Positions 41,721-51,804 are shown, counted from the stretch's first letter. The stretch is DNA of 64,000 nucleotides from Pelagibacteraceae bacterium AG-325-E13 (GCA_003282965.1 QBYF01000003.1:2418-66417); one strand, 5' to 3'. Translations and numbers: made by a program. Notes: generated by a model not told the origin, from the sequence alone.

Positions 41721-41748
41721 TTAATATATTATTTATTTTTTTTGTCAA
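41720..41748 (-). promoter_or_regulatory. Putative sigma70 promoter of the recombinase
   Basis: Minus-strand TTGACA (41748-41743) then 16 nt to TATTAAT, abutting the palindrome. Confidence 0.5.
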
Positions 41749-41765
41749 GTGTTTAGATTTAGAGC

Positions 41766-42176
41766 ATGTTTGAGAGTCGAAAAAGATTACTTTTGGATCG
41801 TGGACCTAGTTGGCCGGACTACGACAAAGCTAAACCTTTCATGATAAGGTATTATTTGTTATTTAGAAAAAGACCCAAGTGGTTTCCATTTAATATTTTC
41901 CTTCACAAGATACTTAAAAGCGATCTAGGAGATTTACATGATCATTATTGGTCTTATCTAACTTTAGTGCTTAAAGGTGGGTACTGGGAAACCACGAAAA
42001 AAGGTCGATTTTGGCGGGGTCCAGGTTATATAGGTCTTAGAAGCGCCTCAGATACTCACAGTTTAACGATTCCTGAGGGAAAAGCAGCTTGGACGCTAAT
42101 ATTTGTGGGGCCAAATAAGGGTTCTAAGCAATTTGCAAATTTTAACAAATCAAGCCAAAACGAGCGTAAAAATTGA
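41766..42176 (+). CDS. Hypothetical cupin-like protein
   Basis: LHKILKSD..LHDH.W..GGYWE..H..WTL metal-binding cupin pattern. Confidence 0.7.
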   Translation: MFESRKRLLLDRGPSWPDYDKAKPFMIRYYLLFRKRPKWFPFNIFLHKILKSDLGDLHDHYWSYLTLVLKGGYWETTKKGRFWRGPGYIGLRSASDTHSLTIPEGKAAWTLIFVGPNKGSKQFANFNKSSQNERKN

Positions 42177-42192
42177 ACTTTTTAAAGCCTAA

Positions 42193-42357
42193 ATGATAAA
42201 ATTCATCCTTCCCATAGCAATATTTATAGCTGCAGTTTATGGAATTTCGTATTTCTGGACCAATTCAAGCTCTAAAGGCAAAAAATCGATAGCTTTTGGC
42301 TTAATAATAACCCTTATTATATGTATTTCTCTAACAATTTATCTGATTATTGATTAA
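42193..42357 (+). CDS. Small two-TM membrane protein (54 aa)
   Basis: Not in the track. MIKFILPIAIFIAAVYGISYFWTNSSSKGKKSIAFGLIITLIICISLTIYLIID; TAATG coupling to the next gene. Confidence 0.7.
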   Translation: MIKFILPIAIFIAAVYGISYFWTNSSSKGKKSIAFGLIITLIICISLTIYLIID

Positions 42358-42632
42358 TGAAGCTAGAGGGCACCAAATTTCAAGTAAAAGTATGGAGATA
42401 TTTAGAGAAAATACCGGTTGGCAGCATAAAAACCTATTCACAAGTGGCAAAAGGTATTGGAAAGCCTCTAGCAGTCCGAGCCGTTGCTAATGCGATAGCT
42501 AAAAACCCCTATTCTCCCCAAATACCTTGTCATAGGGTTATAAGATCTAATGGATCGCTAGGAGGATACTCTGGTAAAGGTGGACTCAAAACTAAGAAAA
42601 AACTTTTAAAAAAGGAGGGTATAATCCTCTAG
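42357..42632 (+). CDS. ogt: Minimal O6-methylguanine-DNA methyltransferase (C-terminal domain only)
   Basis: FQ..VW, IP.G...TY, RAVANA, IPCHRV. Confidence 0.88.
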   Translation: MKLEGTKFQVKVWRYLEKIPVGSIKTYSQVAKGIGKPLAVRAVANAIAKNPYSPQIPCHRVIRSNGSLGGYSGKGGLKTKKKLLKKEGIIL

Positions 42633-43041
42633 AATTGTTATTTTACGGGCGATTGAGCAGATCTACCCTTTTACATTATTAAATTTACAAATTCCCCAGT
42701 CAGTTGTACTATACAACATACAATCGAAAAAATTAGACCATCTATGGCCGTTTAAACGGCATATTCTCTTATTGCAAGGCTTCTAGAATTGTTGATATTT
42801 AAGGCTTTTAACCGAACTAAAATCGTTGGTATTGCTTTATAATTTGTCTTATTTATTTAAAAATTTATTTATTTAAGCTTTTATTTTATAATAATATGAT
42901 TATTTTAATTTTTTAGTCATAATATGATGCTTAAATATGTCAATATTTTCAGCTTTTATTTATCTTTTTTTATTTATTAGTAAACTATACTGACCTATAT
43001 ATTAATTATTTACATTAAAAACGTGATGTAACTAACTGTAT

Positions 43042-43941
43042 TTATTGAAAATATTTAAGACTATAAAAAACAACTATAGGAACTGTAATTAAAGACATTA
43101 CAGTGGAGGTAACAATAACGCTCGCAACACTATCTACAACTTTTTTTTCTGAATACATTGATCCAACTAAGTAAGTTAGAACTGCACTAGGCATAGCTGA
43201 TTGTATTAATAAAACGCCTGCTGGAAATCCCTCTAAACCTAAATATCTTATTAAACTAAATCCGATAATTGGACCTATTATAACTCTTACCGCCCCTAAT
43301 ATTGAGGCTTTTGTCCAGGAAACAACTTGAAATCTAGATAATGCGATACCTAAAGACATTAGTACTAAAAAAATAGTCGTATAGGTCAAAAGAAAAGTGG
43401 TATTTTCGATATATCCAGGAACATCCCACTTAAAATATAAAAAGATAACAGAAGCTATAATTGCATATATAGGAACATTTTTAATAAGTATTTCTAGAGA
43501 AAAACTTTTTTTAGCTAGTAAAACACCTAAGGTAAAGTGAAGAAGTATTATCACTGAAGCAACAGCGGATGCCACCCCTAGCCCGCTAGTTCCATAAGCA
43601 AAAAGACATATTGGAACACCCATATTTCCAGTATTTGGCAATATTAGAGGTGGTAATTCACTAATGACATCCTTTTTAAGAATGAAAAGAAATATTAATC
43701 CTACTATGGCAAAACCACCGATTATTATTAAAGAATAAATAAAGTATTCAATAAATATACCTAAAGTAATTCCAGTGGTTGTAATTGTGTAAAAGATCAT
43801 AGCAGGTGTACCAATATTTCCTGCAAAATTTGTTATAAACTTAGTATCAAATTTTGGATCTTTTTTTCCAAGATAATATCCTACACCAATAACAAAAAAA
43901 ACTGGAAATAATACGTCTATGAGTTTTAGATAGAGCTCCAT
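43042..43941 (-). CDS. AEC (auxin efflux carrier) family transporter
   Basis: About 10 TM helices, NTGNMGVP, QSAMPSAV. Confidence 0.85.
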   Translation of the reverse strand: MELYLKLIDVLFPVFFVIGVGYYLGKKDPKFDTKFITNFAGNIGTPAMIFYTITTTGITLGIFIEYFIYSLIIIGGFAIVGLIFLFILKKDVISELPPLILPNTGNMGVPICLFAYGTSGLGVASAVASVIILLHFTLGVLLAKKSFSLEILIKNVPIYAIIASVIFLYFKWDVPGYIENTTFLLTYTTIFLVLMSLGIALSRFQVVSWTKASILGAVRVIIGPIIGFSLIRYLGLEGFPAGVLLIQSAMPSAVLTYLVGSMYSEKKVVDSVASVIVTSTVMSLITVPIVVFYSLKYFQ

Positions 43942-44945
43942 TAAGCTCTTACATCAGATTTTCTAGGTTTTCTCAACTTCTTTTTAAAATTTATAGCAGT
44001 CTCAAATTCCATAAGACGTTTATAAATAGATCTTAATTCAGTTATTCTAGTCCAGTTTTGTAGGAACAACGAAAAGCTACTTTGAACTTCTCTGAAGGCA
44101 CTAGAAGTTTGAATTAGAACTCCTAATGTCATAGCGCCTGTAAACAAACCTGGACCCATTAAAAGATAAGGAACTATTATCATTGATTGGTTGTACATAA
44201 TTAACCATAAGTCAAAATAGCCATAGTGTAGAAATAATCGATGATAATTAAACTTTATTCCAGTAAAAAGCTGTAAAATCGTAGGTGCTTGAGCATAATT
44301 TCTTCTATCATCTTCGCCGTATACTAATTCTTTTCTAAATGCTGCTTCTACTTTTTGATTATTGTATTCTAAACCAGGAAGTTTTATTCCTACTATCCAG
44401 CTTATAATAAGTCCACCTAAACTTGCTACTAAAGATACCCAAACTAAAGAACCAGAAATATCTTTAAAAAAAGGAATTACTACATTAGATGAAAGCCCCC
44501 ATAAAATAGGTAAAAAAGCTATTAATAACATTATTGCTCTAACTACTTGAAGACCTAAGCTTTCAACGATTTTAGCAAAATTCATACAATCTTCTTGTAT
44601 TCTTTGAGAGGCTCCTTCGACTTTCGCGTCTACTGCTCTCCAATAAGGCATATAAGAAAAGGTCATTGCTTCTCTCCATCTAAAAGCCCATAAACGAGTA
44701 AAATAATTAGTAATTGTATAAATAATTACATATGGAATAGCTAATTTCATGAATAGCATTATTCCATCATAAAATTCTGACAATTCTCTTTTAGGAGCTT
44801 CCTGAAGCAAGTCGTAGAAACCTTTATACCATTCATTGATTTTAACATCTATATAAGTTTGGGATAAAAGAGATAAAATAATAAAAGCAAATCCTCCCCA
44901 TGACCAAACTAACCATTTTTTTTCAGTAAAAAAACTACGCCACAT
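43941..44945 (-). CDS. sbmA: SbmA/BacA-like peptide transporter
   Basis: FRWREAM, EGASQRIQED, LPGLEYNNQKVEAAFRKELVYGED, ELRSIYKRL. Confidence 0.88.
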   Translation of the reverse strand: MWRSFFTEKKWLVWSWGGFAFIILSLLSQTYIDVKINEWYKGFYDLLQEAPKRELSEFYDGIMLFMKLAIPYVIIYTITNYFTRLWAFRWREAMTFSYMPYWRAVDAKVEGASQRIQEDCMNFAKIVESLGLQVVRAIMLLIAFLPILWGLSSNVVIPFFKDISGSLVWVSLVASLGGLIISWIVGIKLPGLEYNNQKVEAAFRKELVYGEDDRRNYAQAPTILQLFTGIKFNYHRLFLHYGYFDLWLIMYNQSMIIVPYLLMGPGLFTGAMTLGVLIQTSSAFREVQSSFSLFLQNWTRITELRSIYKRLMEFETAINFKKKLRKPRKSDVRA

Positions 44946-44947
44946 AA

Positions 44948-45232
44948 TTAATTTTTGAGGAAGTTATCTGCATATGATTTTATGACAAATTCCTTTTTTT
45001 TAGGTTCAATAATTTTATAAGATATATCGTTTGATTCAGCGTACTCGATTGCTTTTTCTCTAGATGAAAATCTTAAAATCACTTCCTCGAGTGTATCAGT
45101 GGAACTTTCCCATCCCATTAATGGATTAATTGAAGTATCTTTAGTTACAAATTCTAAGACCCATTTTTTTGTTTTTCCCCTACCCGATTGCATAGCTGTT
45201 TTCGTAGGTATATAAATTCTAGCTTTTTTCAT
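44948..45232 (-). CDS. ETC complex I subunit (NDUFS4-like)
   Basis: ARIY.P.KTAMQSG, NPLMGW, KSYADNF. Confidence 0.93.
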   Translation of the reverse strand: MKKARIYIPTKTAMQSGRGKTKKWVLEFVTKDTSINPLMGWESSTDTLEEVILRFSSREKAIEYAESNDISYKIIEPKKKEFVIKSYADNFLKN

Positions 45233-45238
45233 AATCTA

Positions 45239-46345
45239 TCAAATAGGTAAATTGCAAATTTCTCCTGAAACCAAAGTATTTTCTAATTCTATTTTAAACT
45301 TTTGTTCAATATTACAATAATCTTTTTTTACCATAGCAATACCCACTATCTTATTAAATTTAGGTGAGTAAGCAGCAGATCTTAATTCCCCTATTTCATT
45401 ACTCTTTAAATCTAAAATTGGTAATCCTTTAGTTAAATTTACAGACTTGCCTTCTATTTTTACACCCATAAGTTTTTTTTTAATTCCTTCTTTTTTTATT
45501 TTCTTTAAGTTTTCTTTTCCTAGAAAGATTATATCTGATTCTAAGTTAACATATTTATCAAATCCACATTCGAAAGGATTATCCCCAATATCCATATCAT
45601 TACCATATGACAATAAACCACCTTCTATTCTTTCAATAAGATTAGGAGCACCAGGCTTTAAATTAAATTCATTTCCTGCTTTAAAAAAATAATCATATAG
45701 TTCTAATCCAGCCTTAAGATTATCTATGTGGATTTCGTAGCCTCCTTGTTTTGAATATCCTGATCTTGAAATTAAATATTTGTTATTTTTAAATTCAAAA
45801 AAATCATATCTGAAAAATTTTAGATCGACGATTTTACTTCCAAAAATTTTTTCCATTAACTTCAACGATTTTGGTCCTTGAACTGCTAAAGTATCAATTT
45901 TTGCTTCGAAAATTTTAACATTTAGATTTCTTGCCTCCGCTATTCCTTTTGCAAAGAGTAATACATCAGAATCTGCTATACAAACTCTCCAAATATTCGA
46001 CTCAAGTTTGTAAATTAAAGGATCATTTATTAACCCCCCATAAAGATCTACTAGTGGAGAATAGTAACATATACCTGGTTTTGCTTTTGATAAATCTCTG
46101 CAGGTCATCAGTTGAACTAATTCCGATGAGTCTTTTCCCGAAATCTCAATTTCCCTTTGTACAGAGACATCCCAAAGTTGCACATGTTCTTTAAGGTGAT
46201 TGTACTCTTCTTCTAATGAGGTAAAGAAAGTCGGTAAAAGCATATGATTGTAAACCGTATAAGCTTTTACACCTTGACTTTCTATTCTTTCAGAAAAAGG
46301 AGTGCTTCTTACACGCTTAGATTTAGCTATTGGAAAATTTTTCAT
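45239..46345 (-). CDS. dmdA: DMSP demethylase (GcvT family)
   Basis: [47 protein letters not shown]. Confidence 0.9.
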   Translation of the reverse strand: MKNFPIAKSKRVRSTPFSERIESQGVKAYTVYNHMLLPTFFTSLEEEYNHLKEHVQLWDVSVQREIEISGKDSSELVQLMTCRDLSKAKPGICYYSPLVDLYGGLINDPLIYKLESNIWRVCIADSDVLLFAKGIAEARNLNVKIFEAKIDTLAVQGPKSLKLMEKIFGSKIVDLKFFRYDFFEFKNNKYLISRSGYSKQGGYEIHIDNLKAGLELYDYFFKAGNEFNLKPGAPNLIERIEGGLLSYGNDMDIGDNPFECGFDKYVNLESDIIFLGKENLKKIKKEGIKKKLMGVKIEGKSVNLTKGLPILDLKSNEIGELRSAAYSPKFNKIVGIAMVKKDYCNIEQKFKIELENTLVSGEICNLPI

Positions 46346-47118
46346 TTTTTTAAAAAATTAATTATTTTTTCTCTCATCTCAAAAGCGTTTTCTAAAATTA
46401 TCATATGTCCACAATTCTTAATAATATGAGTCTTCGAATTTTCTATTAATCTTGCAAATTCGTTTCCTTTTTCAACTTTTATCATTTTATCCAATTCTCC
46501 AAAAATAAAAAAGGTTGGGCAATTTATCTTCTTAATGGCGTTTTTACCATTTTTATAATTATTACAAGCTATTAAATCGACTGCTAGAACTTCTCTTATC
46601 TCTCTTGGAGAGTTTAATATCTTTTGTAAAGGGTTTCCTCCAATAAATTGTTTTGAATTACCATAACCCCATTTCATCATTAAGTTTATTGACTCCATGC
46701 TTCCTGATAGAGCTAAATCTATTAAACTTTTATTAACCGGAATTTCATATGATCCAGCTACAAAAATTATTTTTTCAATATTTGATAAGTATTTATTTCC
46801 GTACTCCAAAGCGACAAGGCAGCCTTGTGAATGCCCTATTAAAATAACTTTATCAATTCCTAATTTGATAGTTATTTCATGTAACCATTCAGCCATACTT
46901 TCTATTGACTCTAGAGACTTACCCTCTGAATTACCATGACCTGGAAAATCAATTGCAAAAACATTATAATTATGATCTGAAAGAAATTGTGTTGTTAAAG
47001 ACCAAACGACATGAGACTGCCCGCTGCCATGCAATAGAATAATTGTTTTTTTATTTTTATCAAAGACCTCTCCTGTATCCATTGAAAAAACTATATTTTT
47101 ATTTATTTCGAAATTCAA
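46342..47118 (-). CDS. Alpha/beta hydrolase
   Basis: HGSG, DFPGHG, GHSQG nucleophile elbow, DKM, GHM. Confidence 0.88.
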   Translation of the reverse strand: MNFEINKNIVFSMDTGEVFDKNKKTIILLHGSGQSHVVWSLTTQFLSDHNYNVFAIDFPGHGNSEGKSLESIESMAEWLHEITIKLGIDKVILIGHSQGCLVALEYGNKYLSNIEKIIFVAGSYEIPVNKSLIDLALSGSMESINLMMKWGYGNSKQFIGGNPLQKILNSPREIREVLAVDLIACNNYKNGKNAIKKINCPTFFIFGELDKMIKVEKGNEFARLIENSKTHIIKNCGHMIILENAFEMREKIINFLKK

Positions 47119-47142
47119 ATTTTATCCCCTTAGAGTTAAAAA

Positions 47143-47953
47143 TTATTTATCTTGCCAATTAGGTTTTCTTTTATCAATAAAAGCTTCTATACCTTCTTCA
47201 GCATCTAATTTTAACATATTTTCTACCATTACATTTGATGCATAGTCGTAGGCCTCAGATAAAGTCATATCAATTTGATTGTAAAATGCTTCTTTGCCAA
47301 TTTTTAGGGTTATTGCTGATTTTTTTTGATATTTTAAGAGCCACATCAAACGTATGTTGTTTTAACAATGAATCTTCTACAGCTTTATTAATTAATCCAA
47401 TTTTCTCAGCTTTATCTGCTGAAATAAGTTCGCCGCTTAAAAGCATTTCCATTGAATGTTTGTTAGATAAATTCCTCGATACCGCTACCATTGGAGTTGA
47501 ACAAAATAAACCTATGTTTACTCCTGGAGTAGCAAATTTGGCAGATTTACTCGCATAGGCTAAATCACAACTAGCAACCAACTGACATCCTGCGGCGGTA
47601 GCTGTACCAGAAATCTCAGCAATTATTGGTTTTGGATTTTTTACTATTGTACTCATTAATTTTGAGCATTTAGTCATTATTTCTTTAAAGTAGGCCTTAC
47701 CTTTATCAGGATTTTTGCGACCTAAAGTTAACTCTTTTAGATCATGTCCAGCAGAAAATGTGGGTCCTTCAGATGAAATTATTATTACCCTGATTTGTTT
47801 ATTGTTAATTGAATCATCTAAAGAAGATTGAATATTAAGCATCATTTCTTCAGACAAAGCATTATGGTTATGAGGACTGTTAAGAGTAAGTTTTAAAATC
47901 CCGTCTGGATTTAATGAAGATTTTAAAATAGTATTTTTTATTTTAATATTCAT
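47143..47953 (-). pseudogene. Crotonase-family (ECHDC3-like) enoyl-CoA hydratase split by a +1 frameshift, possibly an assembly error
   Basis: ORFs 47270..47953 and 47143..47349 join into one crotonase (FSAGHDL...AFIDKRKPNW) if the T8 run at 47320-47327 is T7. Confidence 0.8.
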
Positions 47954-47958
47954 TGTTT

Positions 47959-48408
47959 CTAGTTTATTAAAACTTTAACTTCTTCCGATAAAGAGTTAGC
48001 TATAAAACAATATCTATGAGCTCTATCTTGAACTTTTTTCATTTCATCAGGATTAACACTAAACTTATCAGAAAATTTAACTATTGGATTTAATTCTAAT
48101 TTAATAACAGACATTTGTCCCTTAGAATTTTTCCCTAAAGTAGCAATTGCATTATCATTATAACTTAACACGGGCCAATTCATTTTTGCTGCAAGTGCTA
48201 AGAATGTCATCATATGGCAACTACTTAAAGAAGCTGCTAATGTTTGTTCAGGGTTACTGTTTAATTCGTTGCCTTTCCAATCTGGCGCTGAGTCACCAGT
48301 AATCTTAATATTAGGAGTAAAAGTAATTTGATGTTGATTTGAATAATTACCAGGAGTCATTTTACCATCTCCAAGTTTCCATGATAAATCTATAGATATC
48401 TTGGTCAT
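47959..48408 (-). CDS. OsmC-family protein
   Basis: NPEQ.L.A.LSSCHM..F, AHRYCFIANSL. Confidence 0.9.
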   Translation of the reverse strand: MTKISIDLSWKLGDGKMTPGNYSNQHQITFTPNIKITGDSAPDWKGNELNSNPEQTLAASLSSCHMMTFLALAAKMNWPVLSYNDNAIATLGKNSKGQMSVIKLELNPIVKFSDKFSVNPDEMKKVQDRAHRYCFIANSLSEEVKVLIN

Positions 48409-48412
48409 ATTT

Positions 48413-50041
48413 TTAGTTAATTATTTTAGCTTTTTTTCTTAATTCGAATTTTTGAATTTTTCCTGTTGATGTTTTTGGTAAATCACAAAACTCGATTTTT
48501 TTAGGAACTTTAAAGTTTGCTAAAGTTTCTTTACAAAAAGATATTAGTTCTTTTTCTGTTACAGGTTTATCTTTTACTGTTTCTATAAAAGCACAGGGAA
48601 CTTCGCCCCATTTTTCATCTGGTTTAGCTACAACTGCTGCTATAGATACGGAAGGGTGCTTAGATAGAGTGTTTTCAATCTCAATAGATGATATATTTTC
48701 TCCACCAGAAATAATGATATCTTTTGATCGATCTTGAATTTTGACATAACCATCAGGATGCATTACTGCCAAATCCCCTGAGTGGAACCACCCGTTTTTC
48801 ATGGCCTTGTCAGTTGCTTCTTTATCTTTGAAGTAACCTTTCATTACAACATTTCCTTTAATCATAATTTCTCCAATTGTCTTTCCGTCTCGAGGAACTT
48901 CTTTCATTGTTTCAGGACTCATAACTCTTATCCCCTCTGTGTTCGGGTATCTAACTCCTTGTCTTGCTTTTATGTCGTTTTGTTTATCTTCATCAAGCTC
49001 ATTCCACTCATTATTCCATGCGCATTGAGTTACATGTCCATAGGTTTCGGTTAAACCGTAAACATGCATAACCTCAAAACCAAGACTTTTCATTTTTTTA
49101 AAGATTATACTTGGAGGAGGTGCTCCTGCGGTTAATACATAAACTTTGTGTTTTAATTTCCTTTTATCTGCATCTGGGGCTCCTGTTATCATATTTAATA
49201 CAATAGGTGCTCCACCAAAATGAGTGACATTGTATTTATCGATAAGTTCAAATATTTTTTTGATATCAATATTTCGTAAACAAACTGTTCTTCCATTTAA
49301 CATGGGTACTGTCCAAGGATAGCACCATCCATTACAATGAAACATAGGTACTATAGTTAAGAAATTTAATTGGTTAGGCATATTCCATGCAGTAGCGCTT
49401 CCCGTGGACATCAAGTAAGCTCCTCTATGATGGTAAACCACACCTTTTGGATTTCCTGTTGTACCAGACGTATAACTAAGAGATATGGCTTGCCATTCAT
49501 CATCTGGCATCTTCCATTTATAATTTTCGTCTCCGGTATTTAAAAACTCTTCGTATTCAAACTCTCCAATTTTTTCTAGCTTTGACTGGTCGGCAAATTT
49601 ATCAGCAATATCAATAATGGTTATCTTTTTTTTAAAATTGCTCAATGCTTTTTTAACTTCCTTATGAAGTTGTCTGTCTACAACTAAAACTTTAGCTTCA
49701 CTATGTTCTAAAATATATAAAATAGTTTTAGCATCTAACCTAATATTTATTGTATTTAATACTCCTCCTGTCATAGGCACAGAATAATGTGCTTCAAAAA
49801 TTTCAGGTGTGTTAAAAGCTAAAAAAGAAACTGTATCTCCTTTTTTAATTCCTATTTTAGATAATGCGCTAGCAAATTTTACACATCTTTTATAAACTTC
49901 TATCCAAGTATATTTCCTGTCCTCATAGACAATTGCTTCATAATTTGGATAGACATCCTTTGCTCTGTCTAAAAATGATAATGGTGTTAAAGGTACAAAA
50001 TTTGCTGGGTTTTTTTCTAAATTTTTTTCGTAAGAGCTCAT
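48413..50041 (-). CDS. dmdB: Acyl-CoA synthetase, probable methylmercaptopropionate-CoA ligase
   Basis: YTSGTTGNPKG, YGLTE, DRSKDIIISGGEN; clustered with dmdA. Confidence 0.8.
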   Translation of the reverse strand: MSSYEKNLEKNPANFVPLTPLSFLDRAKDVYPNYEAIVYEDRKYTWIEVYKRCVKFASALSKIGIKKGDTVSFLAFNTPEIFEAHYSVPMTGGVLNTINIRLDAKTILYILEHSEAKVLVVDRQLHKEVKKALSNFKKKITIIDIADKFADQSKLEKIGEFEYEEFLNTGDENYKWKMPDDEWQAISLSYTSGTTGNPKGVVYHHRGAYLMSTGSATAWNMPNQLNFLTIVPMFHCNGWCYPWTVPMLNGRTVCLRNIDIKKIFELIDKYNVTHFGGAPIVLNMITGAPDADKRKLKHKVYVLTAGAPPPSIIFKKMKSLGFEVMHVYGLTETYGHVTQCAWNNEWNELDEDKQNDIKARQGVRYPNTEGIRVMSPETMKEVPRDGKTIGEIMIKGNVVMKGYFKDKEATDKAMKNGWFHSGDLAVMHPDGYVKIQDRSKDIIISGGENISSIEIENTLSKHPSVSIAAVVAKPDEKWGEVPCAFIETVKDKPVTEKELISFCKETLANFKVPKKIEFCDLPKTSTGKIQKFELRKKAKIIN

Positions 50042-50043
50042 TT

Positions 50044-51804
50044 TTAATTAAATTTAGCATTCATGATAATATTGCTTCCTGATTTCGCAGAATTATAATG
50101 CATTTCTGCTCTTGGTAAAATCTTATCATAAAAATATTTAGCAGTATTAATTTTTTCTTCATAGAAACTTTTATTATCATTAATTTTTTTAAAACTAATT
50201 TTTGAAATTTTAAACCAAGAGAACGCTAAAGAAATATATCCAAGCACTTTCAAGAAATCATTACAAGCAGCGCTTACATCATCTTTGTTGGTTTTGTTCA
50301 TTTTCTCCAGTAAAGTTGAGAAATCTTCTAATAATCTTAAATTATTACTTAATATTTTTGAAAATTCTTTAAGTTCGCTTGTTTCTTGGTTTATCTTAAT
50401 TTCTTCTTTTACAATTGAAATAAAATTAAGAAGAATTTTATTATTCAAAACTTTTCTAAAAACTAAATCTATTGCTTGAACAGAGTTTGTTCCTTCGTAT
50501 ATTGGTGTTATTCTGTTATCTCTATACAATTGTTCTATACCCTGATCTTTTGTATAACCGTAGCCGCCAAATACTTGAATAGCTTCATTTGTTATTTCTG
50601 TTCCCATATCAGTGAAAAAAGATTTAACCACTGGTGTCATCAAAGAAACAAGATCTTCTGCATTTTTTCTTATTTTTTCATTTGTATGATTTAAGCTCAC
50701 ATCTATCTGCTGTGATAACCAAAATGCTAATGATCTTTGTCCTTGAATAATAGACTTCATGTTCAGCAAACTTCTTCTAATATCTGCATGTTTAATTATT
50801 TCGTCAGTTTTATTATCTTTATTATTATTAGATTTTCCTTGTTTTCTCTCTTGAGCATAAGATAGAGAATTTTGGTAAGCAGTTTCAGCTATTCCTAAAC
50901 CTTGTATTCCTACTATAATTCTTTCAAGATTCATCATTGTGAACATTGAGCTTAATCCTTTATTTTCTTGGCCTATTAAAAAACCTTTTGCGTTATCAAA
51001 ATTAAGTACACAAGTAGGCGATCCTTTAATTCCCATCTTGCTCTCAATCGATAAAGTATTTACTCCATTTCTAGTTCCGATCGATCCATTTTCATTTACG
51101 TTAAATTTTGGTACTAAGAATAAACTAATTCCTTTTGTACCAGTTGGGCCGCCTGGGATTTTAGCCAAAACAAGATGAATAATGTTTTCAGTAAGATCAT
51201 GATCACCTGAAGTAATAAAAATTTTTTGTCCTGTTACTGCATAGGATCCATCATTTTGTTTAACAGCTTTTGTTTTTATTAAACCTAAGTCAGTTCCACA
51301 TTGAGATTCGGTTAGACACATAGTGCCACTCCACTTTCCTTCAACTATTTTAGGTAAAAAAATATCCTTAATTTTTTGATCAGCATGATGAAGTATACAA
51401 TTGTATGCACCAATACTTAATTCACTGTATAACTTGAAGGACAAGCTTGCAGAAGATAACATTTCTTCAAAAAAAGTACTCACTGTTTTTGGCATACCTT
51501 GACCACCATATTTTGGGTCGCAAGATAAAGATGTCCATCCATCGTTAATAAACCTGGTATAGGCTTCCTTATATCCGGGCGGCGACCTTACGATTCCATT
51601 TTCGTATACACATGGATTTTCGTCTCCTATTTTAGCTAGTGGGTGGACTATTTCCTGGTTAATTTTTGCGGCTTGATCTAGAATATCTTTAACTAAATCT
51701 GAATTAATTTCTTTAAATTTTTCAATTTCATTATAGTTTTTATTATCCTTTAGATTTTCAAATAAGAACATCATATCTTCAACTGGAGCATTATACATAG
51801 TCAT
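50044..51804 (-). CDS. dmdC: Acyl-CoA dehydrogenase, probable MMPA-CoA dehydrogenase
   Basis: GTMCLTE..GTDLG, GQKIFITSGDHD, IYEGTN; clustered with dmdA/dmdB. Confidence 0.78.
   Translation of the reverse strand: MTMYNAPVEDMMFLFENLKDNKNYNEIEKFKEINSDLVKDILDQAAKINQEIVHPLAKIGDENPCVYENGIVRSPPGYKEAYTRFINDGWTSLSCDPKYGGQGMPKTVSTFFEEMLSSASLSFKLYSELSIGAYNCILHHADQKIKDIFLPKIVEGKWSGTMCLTESQCGTDLGLIKTKAVKQNDGSYAVTGQKIFITSGDHDLTENIIHLVLAKIPGGPTGTKGISLFLVPKFNVNENGSIGTRNGVNTLSIESKMGIKGSPTCVLNFDNAKGFLIGQENKGLSSMFTMMNLERIIVGIQGLGIAETAYQNSLSYAQERKQGKSNNNKDNKTDEIIKHADIRRSLLNMKSIIQGQRSLAFWLSQQIDVSLNHTNEKIRKNAEDLVSLMTPVVKSFFTDMGTEITNEAIQVFGGYGYTKDQGIEQLYRDNRITPIYEGTNSVQAIDLVFRKVLNNKILLNFISIVKEEIKINQETSELKEFSKILSNNLRLLEDFSTLLEKMNKTNKDDVSAACNDFLKVLGYISLAFSWFKISKISFKKINDNKSFYEEKINTAKYFYDKILPRAEMHYNSAKSGSNIIMNAKFN

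Noticed and set aside
42884-42910. Canonical XerCD dif-like sequence ATAA-TATGA-TTATTTTAATT
   Set aside because: Spacer is 5 or 8 bp rather than 6, the left arm is poor, and such matches are expected by chance in near-pure AT sequence.
47983-47991. Extra TTCCGATAA half-site (another TTATCGGAA near 34839)
   Set aside because: Isolated half-sites inside coding sequence with no partner arm.
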